DNA of 31,039 nucleotides from an uncultured Gemmatimonadota bacterium (GTDB lineage Bacteria; Blakebacterota; Blakebacteria; Blakebacterales; Blakebacteraceae): NCBI GenBank assembly GCA_964576115.1, contig CAZNUA010000010.1, positions 62,001 to 93,039 of the forward strand, read 5' to 3'. Shown piece by piece: positions 28,278 to 31,039 of this stretch (position 1 is its first letter; each line of letters starts with the position of its first letter). The notes under the pieces were generated by a model. It saw only the letters and a program-made list of their open reading frames with translations, ran no database searches and was not told where the DNA came from. The position numbers and the translations under genes were made by a program.

Positions 28278-28395
28278 TGCACAATATATTGTGCAGTTAG
28301 CATGATGTAGTGCACAATCTGTCTCACGGCATTTTAACTCATTCTACGACAGATGCGCGTAAATACTCACTTTTTTGTGCACAATATATCGTGCA
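28278..28395. promoter_or_regulatory. Repeated palindromic regulator-binding sites (putative upstream activator sequences)
   Basis: TGCACAATATATTGTGCA (28278-28295, perfect palindrome), half site TGCACAAT (28311-28318), TGCACAATATATCGTGCA (28378-28395, one mismatch). Confidence 0.75.
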
Positions 28396-28471
28396 GCACT
28401 GAAAAGACCTGGAATACGGTCGGGAAGGTGCATTCGCGAAATATTCGTCTTCCAGGGCGGACGATGATCTT

Positions 28472-28486
28472 CGGCACGGTTGTTGC
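28472..28486 (+). promoter_or_regulatory. Sigma54 (RpoN) -24/-12 promoter
   Basis: CGGCACGGTTGTTGC matches YGGCACG-N4-TTGC with GG-N10-GC spacing, about 70 nt upstream of the radical SAM start. Confidence 0.7.
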
Positions 28487-28557
28487 GCTACTGGACACCA
28501 CTCTGCCGCAGGTCAACCGGACACCCGCGATACCGATGCAGGAAGGGCCGAATCCGC

Positions 28558-29961
28558 GTGCAGTCACTTCTTCTGATCGACCCCGCCAGGCGGGATGGAG
28601 TCCCCGAACTGTACGAAAACCTCGGACTGGCAACCCTGGCGGCCTGTGCCCGTCGTGCCGGGCATCCCACCGACGTCCTGCTCAGCCATGTGGAAGGGTG
28701 GTCCACCCGCCGGCTCGGACGGGAGATCATGGCCCGTCAGCCTGACGTCCTGGGGGTCAGCCTGCTCAGTTTCAACGCCCGCCGAATCCTGAATCTGCTG
28801 CGCCGGCTCACCTCCGAAGGTCTGCGCAGCCGGATCGTCATCGGGGGCCACTTTCCGACCTTCAATGATGAAATCCTGCTCGAGGAGTGGCCCGAACTCT
28901 CTGTCGTCGTGCGCGGTGAGGGCGATTTTACTCTGCCCGACCTGCTCGCGGCCTGGGAGCGGGACAGTGATCTGGAGACGGTGCCGGGCATCAGCTTCCG
29001 CCGGGACGGGGGCATCGTTCGCACGCCCTTCCGCCCCCTGGTCGATAACCTCGATACGATCCCGTGGCCCGACCGGGATTACACGGCCCGGATCCTGGCC
29101 CTGAAGGGAACCCTGAACGTCGCCCGCGCCCGCGGGTGCTTCGGGAAGTGCGCCTTCTGTTCGATCGCCGCCTTTTACCGCTCTCAGGGCGGAACTCCCT
29201 GGCGGCAGCGCAGTATCCCCGACACTCTGGCCGAGCTCGAGAGTCTGACCCGGCGATTCCCCGGCGCCCGGGTGAAGTTCCTCGACGATCAGTTCATCGG
29301 ACCGGGCCGCAAGGGACGCGAGGATGCCCTGGCCTTCGCCCAGGCCCTGAAGGAGAGCGGCCTCGAGCTGCGTTTTTCGATCTTCTCACGCTCCGACACC
29401 GTCGACGAGGATCTCTTCGCGGCTCTGAAAGATGCCGGTCTGGTGCAGGTCTTCGTCGGAATCGAATCGGGCAGCCAGCGTCAGCTCGATGACTGCGCCA
29501 AGCACGTCACGGTGGCGCAGAACCGCGAGTCGATGGAGATCCTGCACCGGCTCGGACTGCAGTTCTACCTCGGCTTCATCGCTTTCGATCCCTACACCCG
29601 GGTCGAGGACGTCGGCGCCACGCTTTCCTTCATGATGGACACCCAGCCGCTCTGGAGCGCGAAAGGGAACATCCTCTCGATCGAGAACCAGGCCATCGTT
29701 TACAAGGGGACGCCCTTTTACGACCGCCTGACGGCCGAGGGACGACTGGGCGGCGACTACATCGACTGCACCTACCGCTTCGAGGATCCGAAAGTGCGCT
29801 GGCTCTGCCGGCTTTCCTGGCTGGTCCTCACCGTCATTCTGCCGACCTTCGCCTGGTTCAGGCACCTGCCGGCCCACCTCACCTTCTTCGTACACACCCT
29901 GCGCAGGAACCTGCGTCCGGTGCGCGGACGCTCGCGACAGCCGCAGGAAACAACAGCATGA
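28558..29961 (+). CDS. B12-binding-domain radical SAM protein
   Basis: Cobalamin-binding N-domain ('ENLGLATLAA', 'PDVLGVS', 'IVIGGHFPTF', 'VVRGEGD'); 'RGCFGKCAFC' CxxxCxxC; 'FLDDQF'; 'VFVGIESGS'. GTG 28558 follows GGAAGG. Confidence 0.92.
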   Translation: MQSLLLIDPARRDGVPELYENLGLATLAACARRAGHPTDVLLSHVEGWSTRRLGREIMARQPDVLGVSLLSFNARRILNLLRRLTSEGLRSRIVIGGHFPTFNDEILLEEWPELSVVVRGEGDFTLPDLLAAWERDSDLETVPGISFRRDGGIVRTPFRPLVDNLDTIPWPDRDYTARILALKGTLNVARARGCFGKCAFCSIAAFYRSQGGTPWRQRSIPDTLAELESLTRRFPGARVKFLDDQFIGPGRKGREDALAFAQALKESGLELRFSIFSRSDTVDEDLFAALKDAGLVQVFVGIESGSQRQLDDCAKHVTVAQNRESMEILHRLGLQFYLGFIAFDPYTRVEDVGATLSFMMDTQPLWSAKGNILSIENQAIVYKGTPFYDRLTAEGRLGGDYIDCTYRFEDPKVRWLCRLSWLVLTVILPTFAWFRHLPAHLTFFVHTLRRNLRPVRGRSRQPQETTA

Positions 29962-30011
29962 GTTTCAGGAACGATCACACGCACACCACAATCGGGTGCT
30001 CCGGCACCTGA
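29958..30011 (+). CDS. Possible 17-aa peptide MSFRNDHTHTTIGCSGT
   Basis: ATGA overlap with the radical SAM stop and AGGA upstream; its TGA overlaps the RBS of the next ORF. May be chance. Confidence 0.25.
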   Translation: MSFRNDHTHTTIGCSGT

Positions 30012-30023
30012 AGGAGGACGATC

Positions 30024-30125
30024 ATGCGTTCGACCCTGTCCCGTATTCTCAGTATCGGCAGCTTTGTCTTCACACTCATCGCCAGCACGGGCGCCGCCTC
30101 ACGGCTCTATTACATGATTGACTAG
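30024..30125 (+). CDS. 33-aa peptide MRSTLSRILSIGSFVFTLIASTGAASRLYYMID, candidate RiPP or signalling-peptide precursor
   Basis: Consensus RBS AAGGAGG (30011-30017) 6 nt before the ATG; directly downstream of the radical SAM gene and upstream of a hairpin. Too short for the ORF track. Confidence 0.75.
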   Translation: MRSTLSRILSIGSFVFTLIASTGAASRLYYMID

Positions 30126-30170
30126 GAATTGAGAGGACCGCTCTCTGTAAAGTTGTTTCTTGAGAAAATG

Positions 30171-30216
30171 CGCCCCTGCGGCGGCGGGGTATGGCAGGCC
30201 GCAGGGGCGTGCTTTC
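30171..30216 (+). terminator. Hairpin after the peptide gene (terminator or mRNA stabiliser)
   Basis: CGCCCCTGCGGC (30171-30182) pairs with GCCGCAGGGGCG (30198-30209): 12 bp, 15-nt loop, weak T-rich tail. Confidence 0.5.
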
Positions 30217-30254
30217 CTGTGGGCGAGGGGGGCGAAAGCAGTATACTCCGGGGC

Positions 30255-31039
30255 ATGAACGGGCGGAGATACACGCGATTTCTCGACGGCCGGTGGGTGC
30301 TGGCCCTTCTGCTGCTTGCCGGCTGCGGGCGGGGCCACACCACCCTGAGAGTGGCCGCAGACGCCGATCCCTGTACCGCCCTTTTCCCCTACCAGGGCAG
30401 TAATGCCCAACTGCTCCTGGCCCATACGAATGTCTACGAGAGTCTGCTGACGCAGGACGACGAGGGCCGGCTCATTCCCCACCTGGCACGTGAGTGGCAC
30501 CTTGACACCACGGGCACCGAACTGACGCTTCAGCTGCGCCCCGGCGTCCGCTTTCACGACGGGACGCCGCTGAGGGCGGGAGCGGTCGTGGCGAGCCTGG
30601 AGCGGATTCTGGAAGCCGGCCCGGCGGACAGTCTGTCAGACATCCCGGACCTGAAAATGCTTCTCGGTCACCCCGGGTCCATCACGGCGCTCGACTCGTT
30701 GACGGTGCGCATCCTCATGCCGCGGCCGCACGTCCCCATACTCAGAACGCTCTCGGTTCCCTTCTGGATCCCCATCACCGGGAGCGATGTGCCGGTACCC
30801 GGCTCAGACCCTGTCCCCTGCGGCACGGGACCCTATCGCTACCGCCGTCTGCGGACCGCAGACGGATCAATCTTCCTGGAGATGAATCCGGATTACTGGG
30901 GACGGCCGGGATCCATCCCCCGAGTCCGGATCAGCCTGCAGCATAAATATTTCTCTGTACTGGAGGCTATGATCGACGGCCGGGTCGATCTCTGCACCCC
31001 GCTCTCGCACACCGACCTCGACCGGGTGCGCAAGCGGGA
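30255..31039 (+). CDS. Family-5 (OppA/DppA-like) substrate-binding lipoprotein, 3'-truncated by window
   Basis: Hand translation: MNGRRYTRFLDGRWVLALLLLAGC (lipobox), 'NVYESLL....GRLIPHLAREW', 'LRPGVRFHDGTPL', 'PCGTGPY', 'NPDYWG'. The frame stays open to the window end. Confidence 0.88.
   Translation, partial: MNGRRYTRFLDGRWVLALLLLAGCGRGHTTLRVAADADPCTALFPYQGSNAQLLLAHTNVYESLLTQDDEGRLIPHLAREWHLDTTGTELTLQLRPGVRFHDGTPLRAGAVVASLERILEAGPADSLSDIPDLKMLLGHPGSITALDSLTVRILMPRPHVPILRTLSVPFWIPITGSDVPVPGSDPVPCGTGPYRYRRLRTADGSIFLEMNPDYWGRPGSIPRVRISLQHKYFSVLEAMIDGRVDLCTPLSHTDLDRVRKR

Noticed and set aside
28278-28395. Repeats as a CRISPR array or MITE ends
   Set aside because: Only two full copies of 18 bp with an 82-bp gap and no cas or transposase gene; binding sites fit better.
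28480-28557. Upstream TTG start for the radical SAM protein
   Set aside because: It begins inside the sigma54 promoter; GTG 28558 has an RBS and starts the recognisable domain.
30381-30390. Possible frameshift in the SBP gene at the CTTTTCCCC run
   Set aside because: Careful translation keeps the frame open (LFPYQG).

Overview
GC-rich, gene-dense bacterial DNA from a diderm organism (lipoboxes, C-terminal aromatic beta-barrel signals, Mla/MCE genes). I saw no rRNA, tRNA, CRISPR array or mobile element. Left to right: the 3' part of a GldG-like ABC-associated gene, a DUF4340-like protein, a Yip1-like membrane protein and a secreted (alpha/alpha)6 glycoside hydrolase; an internally deleted alpha/beta-hydrolase remnant and a small OM barrel (minus strand); a TetR + HlyD + 2 ATPase + 2 permease efflux operon (cecR-ybhGFSR-like) with a clear promoter and operator; a small membrane protein, an adenosine-specific-kinase-family protein and an SDR; a triple-GAF GGDEF diguanylate cyclase; an mlaE / degenerate mlaF / mlaD run continuing into a TIM-barrel metalloenzyme and an MscS-cNMP channel; a four-gene secreted protein / FecR / OM barrel / CHASE2 adenylate cyclase cassette; and a lipoprotein. 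The most notable element is at the right end. A sigma54-type promoter with two 18-bp palindromic sites 100 bp apart drives a B12-binding radical SAM enzyme, followed by a 33-aa peptide ORF absent from the supplied ORF track (MRSTLSRILSIGSFVFTLIASTGAASRLYYMID, strong RBS), a hairpin, and a family-5 peptide-binding lipoprotein cut off by the window edge. This is a candidate RiPP or peptide-signalling system. Family assignments come from motif recognition only; no database searches were run.
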